A stretch of DNA of 46,103 bases from Elusimicrobiota bacterium (GTDB lineage Bacteria; Elusimicrobiota; Elusimicrobia; Elusimicrobiales; UBA9959), in contig DAIENX010000016.1 in NCBI GenBank assembly GCA_027340875.1, positions 1 to 46,103 of the forward strand, read 5' to 3'. This document shows positions 9,118 to 18,299 of this stretch, piece by piece (position 1 is the first letter of the stretch; every line of letters begins with the position of its first letter). A program made the translations under genes and the position numbers. Below the pieces are notes generated by a model. It did no database searches and was not told where the DNA came from. It worked only from the letters and a program-made list of their open reading frames with translations.

Positions 9118-10164
9118 ATGCGGTCCATCGTGCTGTCTTTGGCGGTTATGGGCGGTCTCTTCGCGGTGTACGGGACGCCGGCGGCGGCCGCCGCCGAAGC
9201 GAAAGAAATAGTCTTCCCGGCTCCGCCCGACGTGCCGCGCATAAAATATCTCAGAAGCCTCGCGCGGGAATCCGATATTTCCGGCCGGAAATCCGGCATG
9301 TGGGGCAAGTTCCTCAACGCCATCACCGGCAAGGAGGCGTCCAACATCTTCATGACCAGGCCGTACGACGTCTGCGCCGACACCGGCAGCGTCTACGTCT
9401 CGGACAGCGAGGGCGGGGCCGTGGTGGCGTTCAACCTGCAGAGCGGGAAAGCCTACAAGATCGGCGGCACGCTGGAGGGGAGGCTGGTCTCCCCGATGGG
9501 AGTGGCGCTGGATTCCTCGGGCAGGCTTTTCGTGGCGGATTCGGCCGGGGACACGATAAAGGTCTTTTCAGTGAACGGAGATTTTCTTTTTCGCTTCGGC
9601 CTTTCCGGCTCCGGGCCCGGGCAGTTGAAAAAGCCGCTGGACGTGACCTATGACCGCGGGCGCGACAGGATACTGGTGGCGGACAGCGGCAACGCGCGGA
9701 TACAGATTTTCGACACCGCCGGAAAGTTCATAGCCCAGATAGGGAGCCGCGGGACCGCCGACGGCCAGTTCTCCATTCCGGTCGGGGTGGCCGTGGCCCC
9801 GGACGGGCGGGTGATCGTCTCTGATACCATGCTCTGCCGGGTGCAGGAATTCTCACCTGACGGGAAGTTCCTCCTGAAGTTCGGCGAGCAGGGGGACAGC
9901 CTGGGCTACTTCGCCCGGCCCAAGGGAGTGGCCACGGACAGCGACGGGAACATCTACGTGGCGGACGCGCTTTTCAGCGCGATACAGATCTTCGATCCGA
10001 AGGGCGAGCTGCTGATGCATTTCGGGGCCGAGGGCGGCGAGCCCGGCGCTTTCCAGCTGCCCATCGGCGTCTACGTGGACGACCAGGACAAGGTCTATAT
10101 CGCCGATTCTTTCAACCAGCGCGTCCAGGTCTTCCAGTACCTGAAGCAGCCTAAAGCGCCTTAG
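9118..10164 (+). CDS. Exported NHL-repeat six-bladed beta-propeller (copy 1)
   Basis: Signal peptide, FPAPPDVPRI, repeated PxGVAxDxxGxIYVAD...RVQVF; AAAGGAG RBS. Confidence 0.92.
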   Translation: MRSIVLSLAVMGGLFAVYGTPAAAAAEAKEIVFPAPPDVPRIKYLRSLARESDISGRKSGMWGKFLNAITGKEASNIFMTRPYDVCADTGSVYVSDSEGGAVVAFNLQSGKAYKIGGTLEGRLVSPMGVALDSSGRLFVADSAGDTIKVFSVNGDFLFRFGLSGSGPGQLKKPLDVTYDRGRDRILVADSGNARIQIFDTAGKFIAQIGSRGTADGQFSIPVGVAVAPDGRVIVSDTMLCRVQEFSPDGKFLLKFGEQGDSLGYFARPKGVATDSDGNIYVADALFSAIQIFDPKGELLMHFGAEGGEPGAFQLPIGVYVDDQDKVYIADSFNQRVQVFQYLKQPKAP

Positions 10165-10274
10165 GACCGGCCGGGGCGCCGGAATATGACGCCGATCGCG
10201 GAGCCTGCGGTCCCTTGACAACGGCGCGGCCGCGGGGGTATACTTCGCTAAGAACGCGCCGTACCGGAGGAGCG

Positions 10275-10838
10275 GTGAAAACCAAGGTCATACTTCTTTT
10301 CATGTCGGTGACGCTGCTGCTGGCTTATTTCGCGCATAGACGCGGGAAGCCGGTGACGGTCCCTTCCGACCTGCGCGATTCCGTGATAACCGTTCATGGC
10401 TCTTCCGGGGTTCCCGGTTTGGCGCCGCAGTGCCTGTCCGGCGGCCTTCCGCACAGGGCCGCGGCCGCCGCCGCCTGGGACGGCGGCGGAGCGCTCGCCG
10501 CCGGCGTTCAGTCTTCCCCGATGGCGCAGGGAGTATATTCCTGCCTGTCCTGCCATGACGGCACGGTGGCGCCGGCGGATAAGTCGTATTCGGCCGCGCT
10601 CGGCTTTTCCGGCGGCGCGCCGGAGGGCGGCTCCGCCGGAAATCACCCGGTGGGCGTGGATTACGGGGAGGCCATGCGCGCCCGCCCAGGCGAGTACAAT
10701 GACCCGCATTCCAACCCGGATATCAGGCTTTCCGGGAACAAGGTCACGTGTCTTTCCTGCCATGCCAGCGAACTGACGGCCGGCCTGCAAATGCCCGGCG
10801 GCCAGACCGCTCTTTGTCTCTCCTGTCACAGGCTTTGA
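10275..10838 (+). CDS. Triheme OmcE-like cytochrome c with degenerate first heme site
   Basis: CLSCHDG...NHPVGVDY...VTCLSCH...LCLSCH spacing as in OmcE; first site reads CLSGGLPH. GTG start after GGAGGAG. Confidence 0.8.
   Translation: MKTKVILLFMSVTLLLAYFAHRRGKPVTVPSDLRDSVITVHGSSGVPGLAPQCLSGGLPHRAAAAAAWDGGGALAAGVQSSPMAQGVYSCLSCHDGTVAPADKSYSAALGFSGGAPEGGSAGNHPVGVDYGEAMRARPGEYNDPHSNPDIRLSGNKVTCLSCHASELTAGLQMPGGQTALCLSCHRL
10730..10838 (+). repeat. Direct repeat copy 1 (109 bp; 3' end of the triheme cytochrome gene)
   Basis: Aligns ungapped with 18158-18266, with 11 mismatches and a 59-bp identical core. Confidence 0.92.
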
Positions 10839-11186
10839 GCGCGCTTACCGCCTGCTCCGGCTTTTTGCCGGACCGGCCGGAAGATCGCGTGCCTTTTACC
10901 GGGCGTTCACTGATCGATGGATACGCTGAGGGCTTGTTTTCTGGCGTCCGCTTCATTGCCTGTTCCGCGGATCGCGGAGTCCGCCCGCGGCGGACGCCGC
11001 CCCTTGCCCGCATACCGCGTGTATGCCCGCTCATCGCGGCTTGTTCCCGGACAGCGCCGCTGAGCGCCACCCACAGCCGTCTCCGGCCTATGGCCGTGCC
11101 AGGAGCTATGCCCGTCGAACAGCCAAATCCGGGCCGCCATAAGTCATATTGCTTATGCGCGGGCCGGTTAATGAGGAAATACTGTT

Positions 11187-12248
11187 ATGCGTAATCCACC
11201 CGCCAGACCCGTCCAGCGTAGTTTATGGAGCGCGTTCGCCGCCAAATGCGCCATTGCCCTTTTCGCCGGCAGTTTGGCGGGGCCGATCGCCGCGCATGGC
11301 CAGGACATCGTCTTTCCGCCGGCTCCGGATGCTCCGCGCGTGCGCTATCTGTACAGCCTCAGCGGGCCGCAGGACATCAAGCCGAAAGTGTCCGGGTTCA
11401 GGGCTTTTCTGCTGAAGCTTGCCGGTAAAGGCCCGCGGTCCGGCCAGGCCATGGTGCGGCCTTACGGCGTGTACGCCGCCTCCGGCCGCGTCTTTGTAGC
11501 CGATACCGGCGGCATGGCCGTGGCGGTGTTCGACCGCGGCGCAAAACGGCTGACGAGGATCGGCGGTTCGCGGGAGGGCAGCCTTATCAATCCGATCGAT
11601 GTTGCAGCCGATGAGGCCGGCAATATCTACGTTACGGATTCCGGGCTGAATCTGGTCAAGGTTTACGGGCCGGACGGGAACTTCCTGAGGCAACTGGGCA
11701 CGGCTTCGGGACTGTCGCATCCCACGGGCATCGTTTACGACGCCGGCCGCAAACGGCTGATCGTCGCCGATACGGGGAACTCCCGCCTGGTCCTGTTCGA
11801 CGCGGGCGGGAAAATGTCGGGGACTATAGGCCGCCGGGGAACGGAAAAGGGGGACATGTCGGTGCCGATAAATCTGGCGCTGGACAGGGAAGGCGATATC
11901 TATGTCGTGGAGAACATGCTCAGCCGCGTCCAGATATATTCTCCGGAGGGGGTTTTTCTTTCGCAGTTCGGCAAAAACGGCGACCTGCCGGGCTATTTCG
12001 CCAGGCCAAGAGGCATAGCCCTTGACAGCGACGGCAATATTTATGTCGTTGACGCCTTGATGAATATGGTGCAGATTTTCGACCGGGAAGGGAAACTGCT
12101 GCTGTTCTTCGGAGGCGGCGGCGCGGAGCCGGGCACGTTCCAGCTGCCTGCCGGAATTTTCATAGATCCGGAGGACCGTATTTATGTGGTGGATTCCAAC
12201 AATAGGCGTGTCCAGGTTTTCCAGTATCTGAAGCCGCCTCCGAAATAG
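11187..12248 (+). CDS. Exported NHL-repeat beta-propeller (copy 2)
   Basis: IVFPPAPDAPRV, NHL repeats, ends RVQVFQYLKPPPK. Confidence 0.92.
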   Translation: MRNPPARPVQRSLWSAFAAKCAIALFAGSLAGPIAAHGQDIVFPPAPDAPRVRYLYSLSGPQDIKPKVSGFRAFLLKLAGKGPRSGQAMVRPYGVYAASGRVFVADTGGMAVAVFDRGAKRLTRIGGSREGSLINPIDVAADEAGNIYVTDSGLNLVKVYGPDGNFLRQLGTASGLSHPTGIVYDAGRKRLIVADTGNSRLVLFDAGGKMSGTIGRRGTEKGDMSVPINLALDREGDIYVVENMLSRVQIYSPEGVFLSQFGKNGDLPGYFARPRGIALDSDGNIYVVDALMNMVQIFDREGKLLLFFGGGGAEPGTFQLPAGIFIDPEDRIYVVDSNNRRVQVFQYLKPPPK

Positions 12249-12270
12249 GGCTTGCGGCAGAAAACCGTTT

Positions 12271-12286
12271 GTGCGGGATTTCCCCC
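12271..12286. promoter_or_regulatory. Candidate upstream activator site GTGCGGGATTTCCCCC
   Basis: 14/16 identical to GTGGGGGTTTTCCCCC at 20750; about 90 bp upstream of the -24/-12-like motif. Confidence 0.4.
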
Positions 12287-12361
12287 GGTCTGCGTGAAAT
12301 CACCCGGATTTGCGGCGGCCGGAACAGCGGTTTCCATTGGGAAAGGCGCGTTGCGGGGTGT

Positions 12362-12376
12362 TGGCAGAAACGCTGC
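12362..12376 (+). promoter_or_regulatory. Sigma-54-like -24/-12 element TGGCAGAAACGCTGC
   Basis: GG-N10-GC, upstream of the OmcE-like gene at 12466. Confidence 0.7.
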
Positions 12377-12465
12377 ACTAAGGATATATGGCGGGGCTTG
12401 ACATGTCAAGTGCCGCGGCCGCGGCGGGGAAAATGCGCGGGGGACAGAGGAAACGGGGAGGCGTT

Positions 12466-13101
12466 ATGAAGAAACATGAATCCGTGTGGGCGGGCATGCT
12501 TATAGCGTGTGCCCTTGTTCTGCCGGCGCGGCCGGCGCGCGCAGTGGTTGCGGGTTCCCTGCACGACTTCACCGCGGCCCCGTATTCGCTGCTCACCACC
12601 TGTTCGGGCTGCCACGTGCCGCACCAGACCAAGACGAATGTCCCGTTATGGGCGCACGCGACATCCACGTATACCTACACATTGTATAACCAGAACGCGG
12701 CGTATGTCGTGAAAAGCCCCGCCTTCACTTACGATGCGTCCCCGAGCGCCCTCACGGGCAGCAAATCGCTGTTATGCCTGGGCTGCCATGACGGTACGGT
12801 GGCGGTATCCGGCACGAACTATATCACGCAGGCCTCGGCCTCCTGGATACTTTATGACGCCGGAGCGAAGGTGGGCGGCCAGGCGAGCGCCAATCCGTCG
12901 GCCGGCCTGAAAGGCAGCCATCCTATCGGTGTCGTCTACCAGGCGGTGGCGGGGAAATATAATGATATCTCGCTCGACCCCGATGTGAAGCTGGACAGCA
13001 CCAAGGTCCAATGCACTTCGTGCCACAACCCGCACAACCTGTTCCCCAAGATGCTGGTGAAATCAGGCGCCGCGCTCTGCACCACCTGCCATATAAAGTA
13101 A
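12466..13101 (+). CDS. Tetraheme OmcE-family extracellular cytochrome c (copy 1)
   Basis: Signal peptide, then GSLHDF...CSGCHVPH...VPLW...YTLY...SLLCLGCHDG...HPIG...VQCTSCHNPH...LCTTCHIK. ATG follows GGGGAGG. Confidence 0.88.
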   Translation: MKKHESVWAGMLIACALVLPARPARAVVAGSLHDFTAAPYSLLTTCSGCHVPHQTKTNVPLWAHATSTYTYTLYNQNAAYVVKSPAFTYDASPSALTGSKSLLCLGCHDGTVAVSGTNYITQASASWILYDAGAKVGGQASANPSAGLKGSHPIGVVYQAVAGKYNDISLDPDVKLDSTKVQCTSCHNPHNLFPKMLVKSGAALCTTCHIK

Positions 13102-13173
13102 CGCGCGGCAGGAACGGCCCGCCGGGGTTTTTAAGCACGGGGGCCGCTGTTTCCGGGAATCCAGGATGATAAA

Positions 13174-14226
13174 ATGCGCTGGAAAACGGCCGGCATCAGT
13201 CTGAAAACGCTGAAGTTTCCAGCCATGCTGCTGGCTATAGCGTTCACGGCAGCCGCCGCGGCGTCCGTTGGCGGGCGTGTCTGGCCCCCGGCCCCGGATA
13301 AGGCGCGGATCCGGCTGATAGCCGTGCTTCCCGAAGCGGCGCAGGAGGACAATGCCGGGCCGCTTTTTCTGAAAATTTTACGCCGCCTGGCCGGCCTGAA
13401 GCCGGGCAAGCGCCGCGGTCCGGGGTTTGTGCGCCCCACAGGCGTGGCCGTGCGCGGCCGCGTCGTCTATGCCGCAGACCCGGGAGCCGGAGGCGTTGTC
13501 ATCTATGACACCGAAAAACGTTCCTGCAGCCTGATTCCGGCCAACCGCCGCAACCGCCTGCCTTCTCCGGTAGGAGTGGCGGCGGCTTCCGACGGGAGCA
13601 TATTCGTCAGCGATTCCCGGCTGCGGAAAGTTCTTCTGTTCGACGCCGGAGGCCGCGCCAGCGGCGAACTTAAACCCCCGCCGGGCGCTTTCATGCGGCC
13701 GGGTGGTCTGGCTCTGGACGAGGCCCGCGGCCGGCTGTGGGTGGCCGACGCTGCGGCGCATATGATCTACGCCTATTCTCTCGGCGGAGAATACCTGTTT
13801 TCCATCGGCGCGCGGGGCCAGGCGCCCGGCAGTTTCAATTATCCCACCTATCTCTGGGCCGATACGCGCACAGGAGCCCTGTGGGTCTGCGACTCCGGCA
13901 ACTTCCGCGTCCAGTCCCTTGACGCCGCCGGGCGGCCGACAGGGGCTCTGGGGCGCAACGGCAACTGCCCCGGTTATCTGGCGCGGCCGCGCGGCGTGGC
14001 CGCAGATTCCGAAGGCCACGTCTATGTGGCGGACGGCGCGATGTCCGCCGTGCAGATATTTGACGAGAGCGGGCGGTTATTGCTGTATTTCGGAGAGCGG
14101 GGCGGCCAACCGGGCGAGTTCTATCTGCCGGGGGGGGTGTTCATTGACGGCGACGACAGGATATATGTCGCCGATACCTATAACGCCAGGGTGCAGGTAT
14201 TCCAGTACCTGAAGGACGCGCCATGA
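13174..14226 (+). CDS. Exported NHL-repeat beta-propeller (copy 3)
   Basis: VWPPAPDKARI, NHL repeats, RVQVFQYLK; stop overlaps the next start. Start may be the downstream ATG (MLLAIAF). Confidence 0.92.
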   Translation: MRWKTAGISLKTLKFPAMLLAIAFTAAAAASVGGRVWPPAPDKARIRLIAVLPEAAQEDNAGPLFLKILRRLAGLKPGKRRGPGFVRPTGVAVRGRVVYAADPGAGGVVIYDTEKRSCSLIPANRRNRLPSPVGVAAASDGSIFVSDSRLRKVLLFDAGGRASGELKPPPGAFMRPGGLALDEARGRLWVADAAAHMIYAYSLGGEYLFSIGARGQAPGSFNYPTYLWADTRTGALWVCDSGNFRVQSLDAAGRPTGALGRNGNCPGYLARPRGVAADSEGHVYVADGAMSAVQIFDESGRLLLYFGERGGQPGEFYLPGGVFIDGDDRIYVADTYNARVQVFQYLKDAP

Positions 14227-16103
14227 AGAAAATGTCCGCCGCTGCCGCCTCCGCCGCGCCGGCCGCCATTTCGCTGCTTCTGGCCGGCGCGCTGTTCCCG
14301 CCTCCGGCGCGCGCGCTTGTCGTCGCCGGTTCTAAACACGATCTCTCTCCCGGTTCGGGCACGTCCCAGACCTGCATATTCTGCCACACGGCCCACCAGG
14401 CCAAGCGGAACGTCCCGCTGTGGAATCATTACGTGACCACCCAGACCTTCACCTTCTACTCCTCCAACCATCTCAACACCTACCTCGCCATCGCCGCCCC
14501 GACCATGGCCGACCTCCCCGGAACTCGCACGGAGCTGTGCCTGTCCTGCCATGACGGGATGACGGCCCTCGGAGGCCTCTACAATCTGGGCGGGGAAACC
14601 ATTTCAAAACCCCCGGCCGTTACGGGCCCCGCCAACCTGGGCACTAACCTCGCCGACGACCACCCGGTGCTTTACGACGTCAAGCCCGGCGCGGGTCCGC
14701 CCGGCTCGCCCGGCACCGACCCCGAGATACAACTGCCGCTTGCCGGCGACGCGGTCAAGGTCTACGGCGCCGCCAACAGGGTGGAGTGCACTTCCTGCCA
14801 TGACCCGCATGATAACCAGTTCGGCCATTTCCTGGTCAAATCCAACGCCAACGCGGCCATCTGCACGACATGTCACATAAAATCCGGCTTTTCCGCCTCC
14901 GCGCACGCGACTTCCGTCGTGGCCTATACTCCGCCAGGCGAAGCGGCGACCACCGTCGGCGAGTGGTCATGCCGGAACTGCCACCGTTCCCACGGGGCGT
15001 CCGCGACGCAGGCCTACATCCTGCGCGGAGCCGAGGAGGCCACCTGCTACCAGTGCCACGGCAATCCTCCCCTGGCCGGCGCCAGGAATATGCAGGCGCT
15101 CTTTCTCAAAGCCTCCAGACACCCGACGGAAACGGTCTCGGCCAGGCATAAGGACCCGGAGACGGACGGCTCCAATTTCACGTATTCGCCGCTCAACAAC
15201 AGGCATGCGGAATGCCAGGACTGCCATAATCCGCACCAGGCCAAGACCGGCACCCATACCGCGCCCGCCAATAACATCTCGAACGTACTGCTGGGCCAGT
15301 GGGGCGTGGAACCCTCTGACGGCGCGATCTGGACCGCGGCCATCGCCTATGTCCGCCAGGTCTTCGCTAACACGACAGGCTACAAGGAGTACCAACTCTG
15401 TCTCAAGTGCCACTCCTACTACGCCTTCGGCGCCATACCCGCTCCCAATATCACGGACCAGACCGTCGAGTTCAATATCAATAACAAGGCCGCTCATCCT
15501 GTCCGCGCGGGTCTCAGCGGCCAGACCGGGAGCGTTGCTCCGAAGGCTTTGACGGCCGGCCAGATGTCGGCGCCGTGGACGACCGCCGGCACCCAGACGA
15601 TGTACTGCTCGGACTGCCACGATTCTGACGTCGCTGCCGATCCCAAGGGTCCGCATGGCTCGGCCGGAACGTGGCTCAAGAAAGGCCCCAACGTCTACTG
15701 GCCCAGGGACGCCGCTCTGGCGCTGTATACGCTGGGCGCCAACAACACTACCGACGCGCATCTGGCGGGACTTTTCTGCCGCAACTGCCATCCTTTGAGA
15801 AGCGCGACAGCAAATACCTGGTACAACAACGCCCACCAGGAGCACAGTGGGGCGCAGGTAAGCAATGTCCCCTGCGTGGCCTGCCATGTGGTGGTCCCGC
15901 ACGGCTCGCGCCGCGGGCGGCTCATCGGCTACGCGGCTGAAAGCGCCCCCTACAACAACAACGGCGCGGGAACCCTTGAAAAACTCGTGCTGAGCGGCTT
16001 TAAGAAAGCGACGACCCCCGTAGGATACGTCACGGGAAACTGTTACTCCACCGTCGCGGGATGCAGTTCGGTGCATACGAACGCGGGTGGCTATGATCCC
16101 TGA
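14223..16103 (+). CDS. 11-heme cytochrome c with N-terminal OmcE-like tetraheme domain (copy 1)
   Basis: GSKHDLS...CIFCHTAH...VPLWN...CLSCHDG...NLGTNLADDHPV...VECTSCHDPHDN...CTTCH, then seven more CxxCH; ends CYSTVAGCSSVH...GGYDP. Confidence 0.92.
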   Translation: MKKMSAAAASAAPAAISLLLAGALFPPPARALVVAGSKHDLSPGSGTSQTCIFCHTAHQAKRNVPLWNHYVTTQTFTFYSSNHLNTYLAIAAPTMADLPGTRTELCLSCHDGMTALGGLYNLGGETISKPPAVTGPANLGTNLADDHPVLYDVKPGAGPPGSPGTDPEIQLPLAGDAVKVYGAANRVECTSCHDPHDNQFGHFLVKSNANAAICTTCHIKSGFSASAHATSVVAYTPPGEAATTVGEWSCRNCHRSHGASATQAYILRGAEEATCYQCHGNPPLAGARNMQALFLKASRHPTETVSARHKDPETDGSNFTYSPLNNRHAECQDCHNPHQAKTGTHTAPANNISNVLLGQWGVEPSDGAIWTAAIAYVRQVFANTTGYKEYQLCLKCHSYYAFGAIPAPNITDQTVEFNINNKAAHPVRAGLSGQTGSVAPKALTAGQMSAPWTTAGTQTMYCSDCHDSDVAADPKGPHGSAGTWLKKGPNVYWPRDAALALYTLGANNTTDAHLAGLFCRNCHPLRSATANTWYNNAHQEHSGAQVSNVPCVACHVVVPHGSRRGRLIGYAAESAPYNNNGAGTLEKLVLSGFKKATTPVGYVTGNCYSTVAGCSSVHTNAGGYDP

Positions 16104-16170
16104 ATCCCGCCGTTGCGCCGGGAGAAGGTGATGCCGGCCGGAATGGTTCCCGGGTTGGGAGGGCGAACTC

Positions 16171-17844
16171 ATGCGCCGCCATACCAGCTGTCTGCTCTGC
16201 GTTTTCTGGCTGCTGAAGGCGGCCGTACCCGCAGCGCGAGCGCAATCCCCGTACGCAGCGTCCGGCCGGCTCGGCTGGTCCTATGACGACGTCATGGTCC
16301 GGACCCCGGAGGGAAGCAGGCGCATCGCGATAGCCGGCCAGAAGTACAATCTGAACCTCCGGGGACCGTTCGGCCTGCCGGGGATCGGCGAAGGCTTCGC
16401 CACGCTCGACTATTCTGAAGGGAGGAACCTCTCGCAGGTCGTCGCAGGCGGGGGCGCCGCCCAGAAGCTGGTCGGGTATTCTATCGGCGGCAGCTTCCTC
16501 CCGCCGGAGGCGCGCGAATTCGTGTCGCTTGGCGGGACGTTCGCGCGGAATTCCGACCGCACGGCCTGGGGCGCGGGTCCGCCCAGGAATCTCACGGACA
16601 CGAGCTATGACGGCAATATCGGCCTGACGCTGCCCGGGCTGCCGAGCCTGCAGCTGAGCTGTCAGAACCTTCAGCGCCGCGACAGCGCCGAAGGCGCGCC
16701 GGCCAGCCAGGATATCATAACGTGGCGGGAGCGCGCGTCGTACGCCAAGGGCCCTCTGCGCTGGAATTACTTCCGCACCCGGCAGGATACAAGAGCCCTC
16801 GGTCCGGGAGTCCGGAGTTCCGGCAACGACGACCTTTCCACCGACCTGTCCCTGGACTATCCCGCTCTGCGCGTGCGCGGCCTGCGAAGCCTGGCCCTGC
16901 GCGCCTCGTTTACCCGCCAGGCGTTCGACAGCGCCGGGAACCGGAGGACGCAGCAGTCTATCGGCGAGAGCGGCTATCTCACCACGGCGCTTTCGCGCAG
17001 CGGACGGTTCGAGTCATATCTCGGCTACGGCGAGAGCTTTTCCCGCATCGCCGGGGAAAAAAGCCTGCGCTCCAGCCATAACCTGAGCCTGGTCAGCCAG
17101 TCGGTTTCGTCGCGCTGGAATGTGAACAACCAGGCCAAGTACTCCGCGGCCTCCGGCCCCGGCGTAAGCGGCCAGAGTCTCGACGAGAATTTCAACGCGG
17201 AGTCGCCGAGGTTCGGCAAATACTTCGTCTACTATCTGCAGAGCGCCGGCAGCGTCCGCTGGGGGGGATCCGGCGGAGGGACGGCCGGAGAATCGGCGTT
17301 GCAAAAACTCTCCTTCTATCCCCGCCCGGAACTGGATGTCTACTGCCAGCAGAGCTACTCGGGTTCGGGCGCCAGGCTTGGCCGGGCGCGCGAGGACAGC
17401 CTCGGCTGGGCCGCGGGCGTCAATTGGCGGCCCGGCAGCCTTCTGGAAACCGCCGCCGACTACAGTCGGCAACGCGGCCGCGGTCTTCTTACTGACCAGC
17501 TGACGTTAAGTTATAAAGCCTTTCCGCTGGACAGTATGACCATAGGATGCGGTTATTCCCTGCAGCGTACCCGGACTTACCGGCCGCTGCCGATGGAATC
17601 CGTGTACGGCACATTCAAAGCCGACCTTGGATATCGCCCGGCCGAGGGCCTCTCGCTGGACGCCAGCCTCCTGCGGCAACGGTTTGCCGGGGAGAATCCG
17701 GGCCGGCCAGGCGCCATGGATTATTCCCTGTCGGCGCTATACCAGCTGGGCGCAGTCGAAATGAGCGTTAAATACGAAAACCGCGCGATTTCAACGGTCA
17801 ACGAATACAGCCGTCTGGCAGCGGAGTTCAGCCGGAATTTTTAG
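16171..17844 (+). CDS. Putative outer-membrane beta-barrel protein (copy 1)
   Basis: Signal peptide, Ser/Gly/Tyr-rich alternating amphipathic strands, terminal Phe (LAAEFSRNF); follows a multiheme gene. Confidence 0.72.
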   Translation: MRRHTSCLLCVFWLLKAAVPAARAQSPYAASGRLGWSYDDVMVRTPEGSRRIAIAGQKYNLNLRGPFGLPGIGEGFATLDYSEGRNLSQVVAGGGAAQKLVGYSIGGSFLPPEAREFVSLGGTFARNSDRTAWGAGPPRNLTDTSYDGNIGLTLPGLPSLQLSCQNLQRRDSAEGAPASQDIITWRERASYAKGPLRWNYFRTRQDTRALGPGVRSSGNDDLSTDLSLDYPALRVRGLRSLALRASFTRQAFDSAGNRRTQQSIGESGYLTTALSRSGRFESYLGYGESFSRIAGEKSLRSSHNLSLVSQSVSSRWNVNNQAKYSAASGPGVSGQSLDENFNAESPRFGKYFVYYLQSAGSVRWGGSGGGTAGESALQKLSFYPRPELDVYCQQSYSGSGARLGRAREDSLGWAAGVNWRPGSLLETAADYSRQRGRGLLTDQLTLSYKAFPLDSMTIGCGYSLQRTRTYRPLPMESVYGTFKADLGYRPAEGLSLDASLLRQRFAGENPGRPGAMDYSLSALYQLGAVEMSVKYENRAISTVNEYSRLAAEFSRNF

Positions 17845-18157
17845 CCCCCATGTTCTATAAGCGCGCCGGCGCCGATTTGTGTTTTACCGCCTTCGGCGCG
17901 CTGTCCGGGTATGCCTGAAAAACCGGCGCCCCCTCTTCCAAGGCCATAAGCCTTTAACGAGGTGAAAACGCAAATATTAAAATTAGTATATTCATCATTT
18001 TACCGCCGGCTATTCTTTCGGCGATCCGTTCCCCTGAACAGTTCCCGTACCGCAGCTCTTCCTGAATTTGCCCGCGGTTCTATTACAACTTCACGGTCAG
18101 GCTTAAAATATGGATCTTGCCCGGGTCGCCTATCTTGCTGGCGAAAAGGCGTAGTTG

Positions 18158-18266
18158 TTCCGGCGACAAGGTGACCTGCCTTTCCTGCCATGCCAGCGAA
18201 CTGACGGCCGGCCTGCAAATGCCCGGCGGCCAGACCGCCCTCTGCCTCGCCTGCCACAGGCTGTGA
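18158..18266 (+). pseudogene. Orphan 3' remnant of the triheme OmcE-like gene (direct repeat copy 2)
   Basis: Encodes SGDKVTCLSCHASELTAGLQMPGGQTALCLACHRL-stop; no in-frame ATG back to the TGA at 18063; upstream DNA is unrelated to the intact copy. Confidence 0.85.
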
Positions 18267-18299
18267 GCTCGCCCCGCCGCCGGCCGCCCCTCCGGGCGG

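Noticed and set aside
16171..17844. Assigning mtrB/mtrA or omcS/omcZ gene symbols to the barrels and cytochromes
   Set aside because: Heme counts and motif spacing fit OmcE-type and doubled-CxxCH families; no recognisable MtrB signature.
17962..18174. 70-aa ORF in the AT-richer spacer as the missing 5' part of the cytochrome remnant via a frameshift
   Set aside because: No similarity to the intact triheme N-terminus, no signal peptide and atypical codon usage.
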